DNA from: Alphaproteobacteria bacterium
Lineage (GTDB): Bacteria > Pseudomonadota > Alphaproteobacteria > MPNO01 > UBA830
DNA: 64,000 bases
Direction of reading: 5' to 3'
Assembly (NCBI GenBank): GCA_965243135.1
Contig: OZ251539.1
Location: forward strand, 5,344,001 to 5,408,000
The notes below the pieces were generated by a model. The model worked only from the letters and a program-made list of their open reading frames with translations. It ran no database searches and had not been told where the DNA came from. Shown here piece by piece: positions 51,546-62,035 of this stretch (position 1 is its first letter; each line of letters starts with the position of its first letter). The position numbers and the translations under genes were made by a program.

Positions 51546-53068
51546 AGGTTTCAAAACGCGTCGCGATCTACGCGCGTTTCAGTTCGTCGCTCCAGAATCC
51601 GAAGTCGATCGAAGACCAGATCGCCCTGTGCGAGCGGCGAATCCGGGAAACGGGCGGCACGGTCGTGGCCACGTTCAAGGACGCCGGGATGTCCGGCGCC
51701 AGCATGCATCTGCGGAAGGGGCTGATCGACCTGCTGACCGCGGTGGAAGAGGGGACGATCGACATGGTTTGGGCGGAGGCCCTCGATCGCCTGAGCCGCG
51801 ATCAGGCGGACATGGTCCAGATCTACCGGCTCCTGCAATTTCACGACGTGGAACTGTGCACGCACGAGGAGGGCGAGGTTTCGGATCTCCATGTCAGCCT
51901 CAAGGGCGTGATCAACGAGACCTTCCGGACGTCGCTCTCCCAAAAGGTGCGGCGCGGCAAGCTGGGCGCCGCGACGCGCGGCCGGGTGCCGGGCCGCAAC
52001 TGCTACGGCTACCGGGTTTTGCCCCGCCTTCCGGGCGAACCCGGCGGGAAACAGGAAATCGTGCCCGAACAAGCGGAGACCGTCCGTCGCATATTCCGCT
52101 TGTACGTCGGCGGAACGGCGCCAAACGAGATCGCCCGGATCCTCAACGAGGAGGGCATTCCGGGTCCGATGGGCAGGGAATGGAGCGAAAGGGGCATCTC
52201 GGGTTGGAGGAAGCGCGGGAGCGGCATCCTGCGCAACAAGCTGTACGCCGGAATTCTGGTGTACGGCCGGACCCGCCGGTTTTCGGACCCCAGGGCGGGG
52301 CAAACCCGACCGCGTTTCGTGCCGGAATCCGAGTGGTCGGTTCGGGAAGTGCCGCATATGCGGATCGTGGACGACGAGCTCTGGCAGCAGGCGCAATTGC
52401 GGGGCTGCGCAGGTTCCGACCGGTCCCGGAGCGGCGGAAAACGCGTTCCGCATCCTCTGACGGGAGTGCTCTCCTGCGCGGTTTGCGGGGGCATCCTCAG
52501 AGTTCGGAACGGCAGAGGCTACACCTGCAAGAGGCAGGACGACAGGCGGGGTTGCGACAACAGGATGCGCATCGACGTCAGGCGGACGGAAGACCGGGCG
52601 CTCCGCGAACTGATCCGGTGGGTGGAATCGTGGCGCGAGGGTTCCGCGCTGCTCGCCTCCGGAATTCGGGAATACGAGCGAAGAAGGGACCGCCTCGAGA
52701 CGAAGATCGTAGACGGGAAGGAGAAGATAGCGCTGCTGGTCGAGAGCATCGAGCGGGGAGGAAAGGAGCCGCGGGCGGTCGCGCGGCGCATCGGCGATCT
52801 GGAGCGGTCGGTCGCCGCCCTGACGATCGAATTGAAGTCCATGCGCCGTCCGGAAGAACGCTCGGCGGCGGACCTGCTTGGGACGCTGAAGTCCGCGCTC
52901 GAGGGGCTCGCCGCCGCCGCCGCTGACGACGACACCCGGCGGGACGCGTTGCTGAAGTTCCGGGACCTGGTCGAGCGAATCGACATCTCGCCGACGGCCG
53001 AAAAGGGAGAGTTCGAGATGACGGTGCGCCCGCGCGTCGACGCGCTTGTCGCGCTGGTTCTCGAATGA
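51542..53068 (+). CDS. Large serine recombinase (resolvase + recombinase + Zn ribbon)
   Basis: AIYARFSS, LDRLSR, YGY, ILRNKLYAG, CAVCG..YTC..GC and a coiled coil. Confidence 0.95.
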   Translation: MKVSKRVAIYARFSSSLQNPKSIEDQIALCERRIRETGGTVVATFKDAGMSGASMHLRKGLIDLLTAVEEGTIDMVWAEALDRLSRDQADMVQIYRLLQFHDVELCTHEEGEVSDLHVSLKGVINETFRTSLSQKVRRGKLGAATRGRVPGRNCYGYRVLPRLPGEPGGKQEIVPEQAETVRRIFRLYVGGTAPNEIARILNEEGIPGPMGREWSERGISGWRKRGSGILRNKLYAGILVYGRTRRFSDPRAGQTRPRFVPESEWSVREVPHMRIVDDELWQQAQLRGCAGSDRSRSGGKRVPHPLTGVLSCAVCGGILRVRNGRGYTCKRQDDRRGCDNRMRIDVRRTEDRALRELIRWVESWREGSALLASGIREYERRRDRLETKIVDGKEKIALLVESIERGGKEPRAVARRIGDLERSVAALTIELKSMRRPEERSAADLLGTLKSALEGLAAAAADDDTRRDALLKFRDLVERIDISPTAEKGEFEMTVRPRVDALVALVLE

Positions 53069-53113
53069 CCGCAGGCCGCCGGAAGCCGAGAGGCTTCCGG
53101 CGGCCTGCCCGCT

Positions 53114-53752
53114 TCAGTCGGCCCGCGCCAATTCGTCGAGCAGCGCGGCGCTCGCGCGGCGCAGGAGTTCCAGCGCGAGTTCCGGCGGCGGCGGCCGTTC
53201 GATCCACTGGATTTCGCAAAGGAGGTAGCCGGGGCCGGCCAGCCAGGCGATGCCCCTCGAATCGTCGATCTCGTCGTCGTCGACCGCGACGCCGTCCGGG
53301 TCGCAACCGACGATCCGGCAAACGAATTGCGGGCTGCCCATATGGACGAGGTATTCCCGCCGGTCGTCCTCCCCGTGCGCGAACAGCCACTCGTCCGGCG
53401 GTCTCCGCGTTTCCGGCTCGCCGGTTCCGTCCGCGATGCGGCAGACCAGCGCCGGCGTCGCCAGGTGAACGACATAGTTCCGCCACTTGCCGGAGGCGTC
53501 CTTCGGGCCGCGCGCGTACAGCCAGTCGTCGCGCCGGAATTCCGGCACGGGCGCGGTGCGGAGGCGGTAGAACTCTTCGAAGCGGGCCCGGTATTCGGGC
53601 GGGATCGGGCAGACGCCGCCCGCCCAGCCGCGGGCGTCGGCGAGAGGAATGGAGAAGGATTCGGCGACCGCCCCGACGGCATCGAGCGACGGGCCGCAAG
53701 CGACGACCGCGAACGCGCGGAATCGGGCGGATGTCCAGTGTCTGTCGTTCAC
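53114..53752 (-). CDS. Hypothetical protein with an HTH-like N-terminus and a duplicated YxVH..P..VCRI domain
   Basis: WLYARG..YVVHLATPALVCRI and WLFAHG..YLVHMGSPQFVCRI. Start uncertain. Confidence 0.65.
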   Translation of the reverse strand: MNDRHWTSARFRAFAVVACGPSLDAVGAVAESFSIPLADARGWAGGVCPIPPEYRARFEEFYRLRTAPVPEFRRDDWLYARGPKDASGKWRNYVVHLATPALVCRIADGTGEPETRRPPDEWLFAHGEDDRREYLVHMGSPQFVCRIVGCDPDGVAVDDDEIDDSRGIAWLAGPGYLLCEIQWIERPPPPELALELLRRASAALLDELARAD

Positions 53753-53985
53753 GGCAGGTCTGCGCCCCCATGCCGGGAAGTGCTGCTCGACTTCCGGCGG
53801 GGAGCCCCTCGGACCGACGGCGGCTCCGCGCCCGGAAGCGCACGGCGCCGAATGATGGTAGGTTGCGGCGGAATGGTCAAACGGGTTTTTTTCGGACGGG
53901 GCGTTCGCCTTGACTCGCCGGCCGACCCGTCGATAGGGGGGCGTTTCCAAACGTTCTTGCGTGGAAAAGTAAAGGAGAATGACAG

Positions 53986-54941
53986 ATGGGCAGGGCATTC
54001 GTGGTCAAGGCTGTGCATGACGGTTTTCCTGTCGAAGGCGTACCAGCTCGCGGCGGGACATGCGCGCATCGGGTGGTCCAGTCTGGACAGCCAGGATCTG
54101 CGCGTCGTTCAGCGGAATCTGGAGCAGGGACATGGCCTCGACGACGATCAGGAAGACGCGAAGAGGTGTCGCGGTTTCCTCACCGAAGTGGGCGCAGGCG
54201 ATCTTCTCCTTTATCCGCATCAGCCGGCGAGAGATCAGTTCACGGTCGTGCGGGTGACCGGCGACTACGGTTACGATAGCGGATTGGAGAAAGACTTTCG
54301 GTCGTTTCGGCCGTGCGAGCTCGTCACTCCGAAACCGGTGTCGCGGTACGATGAAATCGTCCCTTCCTCGCTGCGTCACCGAATGGTGCGTCCAGGCCGT
54401 TTTTCCGAGGTAAGCGATACCGGTCCGTTGCGGGACTGCCTCGATCGCCTGTCGAAATCTGGACGTGACCAAGACGGTACGAACAGTGCAGCTCTCACAC
54501 GCATCCACGAGAAATTGAGAGAATCGCTTCCCGGTCAGCAAGAGTTCAGCAGAACCGACCTTTCGCGCAAGTTTTGCGCGGAACTGTCGCATGGGGTATT
54601 TCTGCGAACTGCAGGAAGGGCCTGCCGAGGCGGGTTCGGACATCGTCCTCACCGTCGGTGACCGTTTCCTGCCTGATAACGTCAACTTCAGGGTTGGCGT
54701 GCAGATTTTTTCCTACAAGGACTCGGTCGACGAACACGCGCTTAAAGAGAAGTTGGAACAACTTCTGCAAGGCTGGAAACGGAACGATTACGGAGCGCTT
54801 CTGACGACGGGCCGTTGCGACGAGGAGGCGGTGGCGATGCTTCGTCGTCACAATACGGACGATCGCCAACGACCGGTCAGGTTGATCGACGGCGACGAGC
54901 TTGCCGTTCTGCAGCATTTCCCGCCAGGGGGCGGGACCTGA
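53986..54941 (+). pseudogene. Mrr-like restriction endonuclease, frameshifted
   Basis: RIGW, GDLLLYP and VTGDYGY; then in a shifted frame MGY..EAGSDIV..GVQ..LTTG..VRLIDGDEL (Mrr_cat pattern). Confidence 0.75.
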
Positions 54942-55432
54942 CGGACGGCGCAACCGCGGCCTCCGGGTTCGCCAACGCGGGAAAGACAACTGCGCCAGCC
55001 GACGGGTCGGCGTGCGCTACGACAGGTTTTCCGCGTGGTTCCGGAAAGGCGGATCGCCGGTTCGGAACGCAGCACCGTTCGCCAGGCGGCGCCTGCCGGA
55101 CATGCCGGCCGTGCGACGGCGCATCGCGCCGTCCTCTTCGCCAACTTCCACGCCGTTCGTCTCGACAATGGCCGTCGTCGATAATGCCGGAGGGCCGGTC
55201 GTTCAAGCATCCTGTCGCGCACTCGTGACGGCGGACGGTTTCAGGCGATCCGCGCCGGCAATTCCTCTCGCTGCCGCGGGTTGTTGCCCAGGCAAGCGGT
55301 CGAAAGGTAAAACGGCGAAGCGCTTTGTCTGGCCGGGCGACGCCCGCCATTGCCGGAGGCTCCCCGGGCATCCCCCGGTCGGCCGCCGGAGACGGGGCAG
55401 GCGGCGTTCGCGCGTTGTGGAAGCAGCTGGTT

Positions 55433-57166
55433 ATGGAGACAGTACGGACCGGGCGCAGCCCAAGCGCCCTCGGGGAACAACTGGCGCCGGTGCTGTTGCG
55501 AATGCGGCGGGCGCGGGTCGAACCCGTGTGCCAGGTGACGATGTCGGTTCCAACCGACGATGTCTATGCAACGTTCGGCGCGACGCGGACCGAGGCGCTG
55601 CGGTGGATGCAGGAACGAGCGGGCCGACGGTTGCCGGCCGAGGCGTGGGACGGCGGCAGTTTCGATCTGGCCGATATCGGGGCGCCGCGGACGGAGGCGA
55701 CGTTCCTCGAAGAAATCGGCTACTGGGCGGGGCGGGTGGACGCCGTCGACGCGACCGCGCCGGAACGTTCCAGAGATACCGTCGGATTCAAGTCCATAAT
55801 CTAAATATTTGTGGACGCCGTCGACGCGACCGCGCCGGAACGTTCCTGGACCACCGAAACCGCGGTCGCGAAGGTCGCCGGGACGATCAGGTTCGGCGCG
55901 CGCCTCACCTGCGTCGTCCGCGGGGAAAGCGAGCCGTTCGTTCCGTCGGTTCCCGGGCCCGTGAAGCAGGTCGTCGACGGATGCGGCGGCGTTCTCGACG
56001 GCCGGTCGATCGGCGGGGGGCCCTGGCTCGTCGATACGCCGGAAAAGGCGTCTCGGCTCGTCGAGTTTATGTCCAGTCCCGAGCGCCAATGCGACGTTCT
56101 CGCTATTTCGACTCGGGGTTCGAGCGACGATCCCGACGCCACCCTGATTCAGGCCCGATCCGTGTTCGAGCGGACGATCGGAGCCGCCCATGTCGTCGTC
56201 CTCACGGCGACGGGCACCTACGCCCTGACCGAGCTGGTCGGAAAGGAGCTGTCGGTCTTCCGGCAGGCCGTCCGGACGTACAGGCCTGGTTTCGATCCGG
56301 AAGGCGCGGCGCCTCGCGAACATCCGTTGGCGCTCGGCATGCGCATAGCGGACTGGCCGGGGGGACCGTCCGGTTTCGAGGATTTCCTCGTGGCCAGCTG
56401 CCTGCGCGGCACCGTCGACCGGCCCGATCGCGAACGCCTGCTGCCGTCCTATGTCGCGGTCAAGCAGGCCGCGCAGAAGTTGCGCAAGAAAACCGCGGCC
56501 GCCGGTTCGATAACGGACTCCGAGCGCGTGGCGGTGCTGGAAAACGAAGAGCTCAGGAGGGACAACCAGGATTACGAAGCCCTGCTCGAGATCGCCGAAG
56601 AGGAGCTGAGCCAGGTTCGGGACGAGCGCGACGCCGCGAGAGGCGAAATCTGGCGCCTCAAGAACCGGGTCGAATATCTGGAGCGGCAGGACATCCGGGG
56701 CCCGGTTGCCAAAGACGAAATACCGGACGCTTTCGACGATCTGGAACGATGGGCGGCGCAGCATCTGGCCGGGAAGGTGACGCTTACCGGCCGCGCGATA
56801 CGGGCCGCGAAGGATTCGCCGTTCGAGGATGCGCGTCTCGCTTATCGCGCGCTCCTCATCCTGCGGGACCGCTACGTTCCCATGCGCCGGGAGGGCGGTC
56901 TCGATCTGAAGGAGGCGTACCGAAAGGCGCTGGAGAAGGAAGCGCTTCAGGAGCAGCCGACGTTCGCGGGAACGAGATCCGGGGAGCACGGAGACGTTTA
57001 TTTCGTCAGGCACGGGGGGAGAAGGCGGGAACTCGACCTGCACCTGAAAGGAAGCGACTCCCGGGATCCACGTTTCGGCTTTCGCCTGTACTTTTTCTGG
57101 GACAACGAGAACGAGGAGGTCGTCGTGGGTTCGTTACCGAACCACCTCAAGACGAGAATCACCTGA
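55433..57166 (+). pseudogene. Coiled-coil protein with RelE-like C-terminus (putative defence effector), interrupted by a 75-bp insertion
   Basis: Both ORF halves are in the same frame; the stop at 55802-04 lies inside the insert. C-terminus HLKG..DPRFGFRLYFFWD..VVVGSLPNHL. Confidence 0.72.
55736..55846 (+). repeat. 36-bp perfect direct repeat flanking a 39-bp unique AT-rich insert
   Basis: GTGGACGCCGTCGACGCGACCGCGCCGGAACGTTCC at 55736-71 and 55811-46. Confidence 0.97.
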
Positions 57167-57550
57167 ACGGCGACTGGCCGGGCGTCCCGGAGGTCGGCTG
57201 AACTGCCGGCGACATCGGCTTGCGGTCTGTTTCGACCTCTTGCGCCCGGAGAGCCGGGCGGCGGAGGGATCGGCCGTTCCTTCGACGAGCGCTACGGAAA
57301 ATGTCTGGACTTTCATGCGGCTTCGCGGAAGCCAATTCCTTGCAGGAACTTTCGGGATCCGCCGGAAAGTCGGAATGCTTGCCTGCCCATCCCGCCGCCA
57401 AGGGCGAACGCATTCGAGGAAGCGGAGGTCCGAATCGTGGCGGCGGGCGGCCGAAAAAATGATCGTTCACGACTTCGTTTCAGCCAATGGCGCGGCGGGA
57501 TCTCCACGAGACGATCCGGTACGATGGCGCACGCGGGGGGCGGTCGTCCG

Positions 57551-58144
57551 ATGAAGATTTTCCTTGTTCTTGCGCTCGTTTTGGCAGTGCAAGGCGGATC
57601 GGCAGCGGCCCAGACATTCGAGGAATCCGAAGCGGCCTATAACCGCGGCGATTACACCACGGCTTTACAAGGCTTTCGACGGCTTGCCGAACAGGGAAAC
57701 GCTGGCGCTCAGTACAACCTCGGGGTTATGTACGCCCGCGGCGAGGGCGTTCCGAAGGGTGCCGCAGAGGCGGCGAAGTGGCACCGCCGCGCCGCCGAGC
57801 AGGGGGAAGCCGAAGCTCAGGCCATCCTCGGGGTGATGTACTCCCAAGGCACGAGCGTCCCGCAGGACGACACGGAAGCTGCGAAGTGGTATCGCCGGGC
57901 CGCCGAGCAGGGACACGCCGGAGCTCAGCACCTCCTCGCGGGCATGTACTACCAAGGCACGGACGCTCCGAAAGATGACGCCGAGGCGGCGGGCCGACAA
58001 AAAAATGGCACAGCGCAAACGGCTCAAGTTGCGGTCGGGGTGACGGAAATCCACAGTAATGCTGTCCTAATCTCAAACCACAAGAACACTATCCAAAGGG
58101 ACAGATTTCGTGTGGTTGCACAGGATGGGGTTGTCTGTGAATGA
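57551..58144 (+). pseudogene. Secreted Sel1-repeat protein, truncated at about 57990
   Basis: Signal peptide; three Sel1 units (AQYNLGVMY..G.GVP..EAAKW.RRAAEQG); the frame then runs into an IS end. Confidence 0.88.
57985..58026 (+). repeat. Orphan copy of the IS right end also present at 61334-61375
   Basis: GGCGGCGGGCCGACAAAAAAATGGCACAGCGCAAACG(G/C)CTCA, 41 of 42 identical. Confidence 0.9.
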
Positions 58145-58183
58145 GAGGCTTGGAAGCGAGAGGGGAAGAAGGAGAAAACGAAG

Positions 58184-58825
58184 ATGACGACAGGTAGGCC
58201 AATGGCAGTGCACCGCCGGGTGTTCCAGCTACTGGAGGAGAGTAACAACGGGAGCAAGTTTCCCATAGGCACAGCATTTCAGTGCCAAGAGGGACTGCTG
58301 CTCACAGCCAAGCACGCAGTGGAGCAAACGAACAAGGCAATAAGCGTGAGGGCGTACGAAGGAGGGAGACAAGGCTCGGACGTACCAGTGCAGGTGGCAG
58401 GAACAAGAAAGGGGGACTTAGCCGTGCTGAGCGTGAAGTGGCCAGACGACTTGCCTACAGAGAAATTCCAGGTGGGCTACCCCCCAGCGACGCAGAGGTC
58501 GCTGGGGCTTGAGGTAATGGTAACAGGTTTCCCGGACCTGCAAGGCGGAGGGCAAAACCGGTTGAGGGCAATCAGGAGCTGGATCCAGTGTTCGTACGAA
58601 AAGGACGCGCTAACCCACTACGAGCTACCGCACCCGGCATTCCGAGGGCTGAGCGGAAGTCCAGTGTTGTTCCACGACTGGGGCGTATCCAATGGGCTGG
58701 ACTACGCAATCGGCATGGTCGTGGAAAGTGTAGCGCACGAACAGGAAGACGGGCACGGCAACAAAGTAGGAGTAGCCTACTGGGCGAAAGCGGTGGACTT
58801 GTGCGAGGCGCTGTTCGGAAGCTGA
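58184..58825 (+). CDS. Trypsin-like serine protease, cytoplasmic, foreign composition
   Basis: Triad LLTAKH, DLAVL and GLSGSPV; no signal peptide; purine-rich, lower-GC coding strand. Confidence 0.85.
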   Translation: MTTGRPMAVHRRVFQLLEESNNGSKFPIGTAFQCQEGLLLTAKHAVEQTNKAISVRAYEGGRQGSDVPVQVAGTRKGDLAVLSVKWPDDLPTEKFQVGYPPATQRSLGLEVMVTGFPDLQGGGQNRLRAIRSWIQCSYEKDALTHYELPHPAFRGLSGSPVLFHDWGVSNGLDYAIGMVVESVAHEQEDGHGNKVGVAYWAKAVDLCEALFGS

Positions 58826-58959
58826 AGCAGGACTGGGTATGAGCAATCACGATAATCGATGCTCTCGCTTTTTTTGATGGGGTGTGATTGCCATGGAGGA
58901 GGGGACCGGTTTCCGTTTCCGCTCGGCCCGTTGTCGGGAACCGGAAGCGTGCACGCGGC

Positions 58960-59888
58960 GTTCACCTCCCTACGACGGACGGCCCCGCACGGGTGACCGG
59001 AGGTGCGAGGCAGTATGTCGGGTGTATGAACGGCGCATCCCTCAAAGACCATTTCCTTGAGAACGCTATTGACGGTACTGGCGCGCATTTTCGCCGCGTC
59101 CCGGATCTGCCGCTGAGAAAGCGGAGTGTCGGCAAGCAAGCTTGCGCTTGCGAGGCGACATGACGGGAGCTTCGGAGATGGCTTCGACGATCTGCAGCGA
59201 CAGAATCGGTGTCTCGCGCAACTCAAGAGCAATCTCGTCCGGACTTGCGGAAGCGCGATGCTCGACGGTCAACAGAATACGGTGCTTTCTGCGCCGCAAA
59301 TAAAGGTTGGAGTCGCCCCAAGCATGCAGTTCGGAAGAACCGCGCAACGCCTGTCCGCCTCGCGCATGGGCGCTCTTGCGGGCATGGTGGACGAGGACGA
59401 CAGCGGCGTCGAAGTTGCGTTGCAGGTCGCGGAGACAAGCGAGCAACGGTGCGACTTCGCCAGCGGCATTCTCGGCGGTGGAGGCGAACCAAAGGATCGA
59501 GAACCAGCAGGCGTGGCCGGACGCGGCGAACCGTCAGGCGCTGCCTGTCGCCGTCCAGATCGAGGCGCACGGCGGAAACGTCGATCACGTCGATATCGAG
59601 GTTGTTGAGGTCAGTGCCGGCGGCTCGCCCGTCGAGGCGCTCGCGAACGACATGGGCGGCGTCTTCGACGGCGAACAGCAAGACACGCCCCGAAGCGGCG
59701 GGGAAGCGCCGCAGGCAGGGCGTACCGGTCGCGACGGCGACTGCGAGATCAAGAGCGAGGAAAGATTTGCCGCATTTCGGCTCGTCGATGCCGACCGCCT
59801 GTTCGCTCCACAGCTGTTCGACGAGCCACCGTCGCTCTTGCGGTTGCTCGGCAAGCTCCGCGGGCCGGCGGGTAGGGAAAACGTTCAT
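58960..59888 (-). pseudogene. AAA_25/RepA-like ATPase of a mobile element, multiply frameshifted
   Basis: EPKCGKSFLALD, LVLDPLVRLH, LVHHARK and LRGSSELHAWGD; wHTH-like tail. Confidence 0.8.
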
Positions 59889-60391
59889 GACCGCGCTCCT
59901 CTGCGTTTGTCGGGCGTGAAGATCTCGAAGAACAGGCCGAGTTCGGTAATCACGCGCTCGGCCGCAGCGGCAAGCAGGTTATCGGCCATTCTGGTGAGGG
60001 AGCGGTAGTTTCCCGCAGCGTGAAGAGCTTCCTTGAGGCTCATGAGGTTGGGGTTGCCAGCCTGTTCGAGAAGGTGATCAAGGCAGGCAGCCAGTTCCCT
60101 GCGTTCGGCATAACTCATGACCAAGCGTTGGCGGATGCGGGACTCCAAGGGCTGCAGGTCGTTGCGTTGCAGCTTGTCGGTAAGGCGCGCATCGCCAGCC
60201 AGCACGACGCTGAGGATGGATCGGGAGTCGAACTCCGTGGCGGCAAGCAGGCGCAGTTCGTCGACCAGCAGGACGGGACGCAGCGCTTCAAGGTGGTCCT
60301 GCCAGCGCCCGCGCAGCACCTTGAAGCCGCCCCATCTATTGTGGGGGCGCAGCGGGACGTCGAAGAGTTCGCCCGCGATAGAAGTCGGCAA
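59885..60391 (-). pseudogene. ExeA-family ATPase fragment (transposon-associated)
   Basis: PVLLVDE, VVLAGD and PLESRIRQR; internal deletions and no N-terminus. Confidence 0.8.
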
Positions 60392-60393
60392 CG

Positions 60394-61375
60394 TTGGAGG
60401 AGGGGTGCGGCAGCGTCACCCAGGCGTCGAGAGCCGAAACCAGGGAGCTGGACGCGATGGTGGACAGGCTGTTCGAGGGAACGCCGCTGCTGGCCGGGCG
60501 CTGCAAGGACTTCAGCGCGGATCGGGGACTCGACAGCGGGCCGCTCAAGGCCAAGCTGTGGGACGAGCACCGCATCCGCCCGTTGATCGACACGCGCCTC
60601 ATGTGGCGGGAAGAGAAGAAAGATCCCGACTACGACCCTGACAAGCTGATCGTCCGCCCGCTCTTCGATGACAATGTCTACCATACCGAGAGGGGCGAGG
60701 TGCTGTGCAGATGTCCCGCAACCAACGTTCAGCGGCACATGGCGCGGCTTCGAAGCGAACCGCGGGGCGTGCGGCACCCTCAAGTACCGATGCCCGGCAG
60801 CGGCCTTCGGCTTGCGCAGGCCGCAAGGAATGCCACCGGGCCGCCAGGTGCCAGGCCGGCGAGTACGGTCGCATCGTCCGCGTCGACCTGGAAAAGCATG
60901 ACCGCCGGATCTTCACGCCGGTCCCTTGGGGCAGTCCCTCCTGGAAGCGCGGCTACAATCGCCGTTCCGCCATGGAGCGGATCTACAGCCGGGTCGACAA
61001 CGCTTACCGCATGGAGAAACACTACGTTCACGGTCTGAAGCAAATGCGTCTGCGACTCGGCCTGGTGACGGGGGTCATGATGGCGATGGCGCTCGGGCAC
61101 CTGCGGGCGGAACGTCAGGACCGCATGCGGTCGCTGGTCGGTCCGGTCGAGCTGCGCGACACGGGATGACCGCGGCGGTCGTCTGACTGCCCCCCCCCCC
61201 CGCAACTGGCCGCCTGCATTCAGGCCACGGCCCGGCTCGCCCCGGGTTCGCGGCGCGGTGCCGCTACAACAGAATGTTCGCTTTTAGTTCTAAAAAACTA
61301 AGCGTCCGTGCGATCCTTGCGGCCCCGTCGGCGGGCGGCGGGCCGACAAAAAAATGGCACAGCGCAAACGCCTCA
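60394..61375 (+). mobile_element. 5'-truncated IS (IS5/IS1182-like DDE transposase, frameshifted) with right end
   Basis: FSADRGLD, LKYRCPAA and YNRRSAMERIYSRVD; terminal sequence repeated at 57985. Confidence 0.8.
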
Positions 61376-61739
61376 GTCGCGTGCGGCGCGGTCTGGCCCC
61401 CGGAAACGCGGGCCATCCCAGTCCTGTTCGGTGCCGCATTGGCGCCCCCCGTCGCCAGCGGTGTCAGATACCCACATAAAGCGCCGTACCACGCTCCTCG
61501 GAGGTCCTGTCACCGTGCTCCGCGCGCCTTTCTTCGTCTCCGGAAAACCTTGTCGCGGGCTGGACAGGAGAGGTTTGACGCGAACCTCCTCTCGTTCCGC
61601 GCCTGTGCTCGAAGACCGACCCGGTAGCAGAACCACCCTTACCGGACAGAAGCCCGACGAGAACGAGGACATATGCTTGACGTAACGCGGATGCGGCGTC
61701 TACGCTCGGTTTCGGAGGCCACAGCCGAACGGAAGCACG

Positions 61740-62021
61740 TTGATCGTCGGCTTCGCGGACAAGAAAACGGAGACCTTCTACCGGGGAGGCAGGGTCGCGG
61801 CCTTCTCCGGCTTTGCGCGCACTGCGTCGCGCAAGCTGGACCAGCTGGATGCAGCCACAAGCCTTCGCGATCTGTCTCGCCCCGGTAACCGACTGGAAGC
61901 TTTGAAGGGCCGCCGCAAGGGGCAATGGAGCATCCGGATCAACGACCAGTGGCGGGTCTGTTTTGAATGGCCGGAGGGAAGCCCCGGTCCGACCGATGTG
62001 GAAATCGTCGACTACCACTGA
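61740..62021 (+). CDS. higB: HigB-type RelE/ParE toxin (plasmid maintenance killer)
   Basis: RKLDQLDAA, PGNRLEALKG, SIRINDQWRVCF and VEIVDYH. Confidence 0.93.
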   Translation: MIVGFADKKTETFYRGGRVAAFSGFARTASRKLDQLDAATSLRDLSRPGNRLEALKGRRKGQWSIRINDQWRVCFEWPEGSPGPTDVEIVDYH

Positions 62022-62035
62022 GAAGGAGGCATGTC

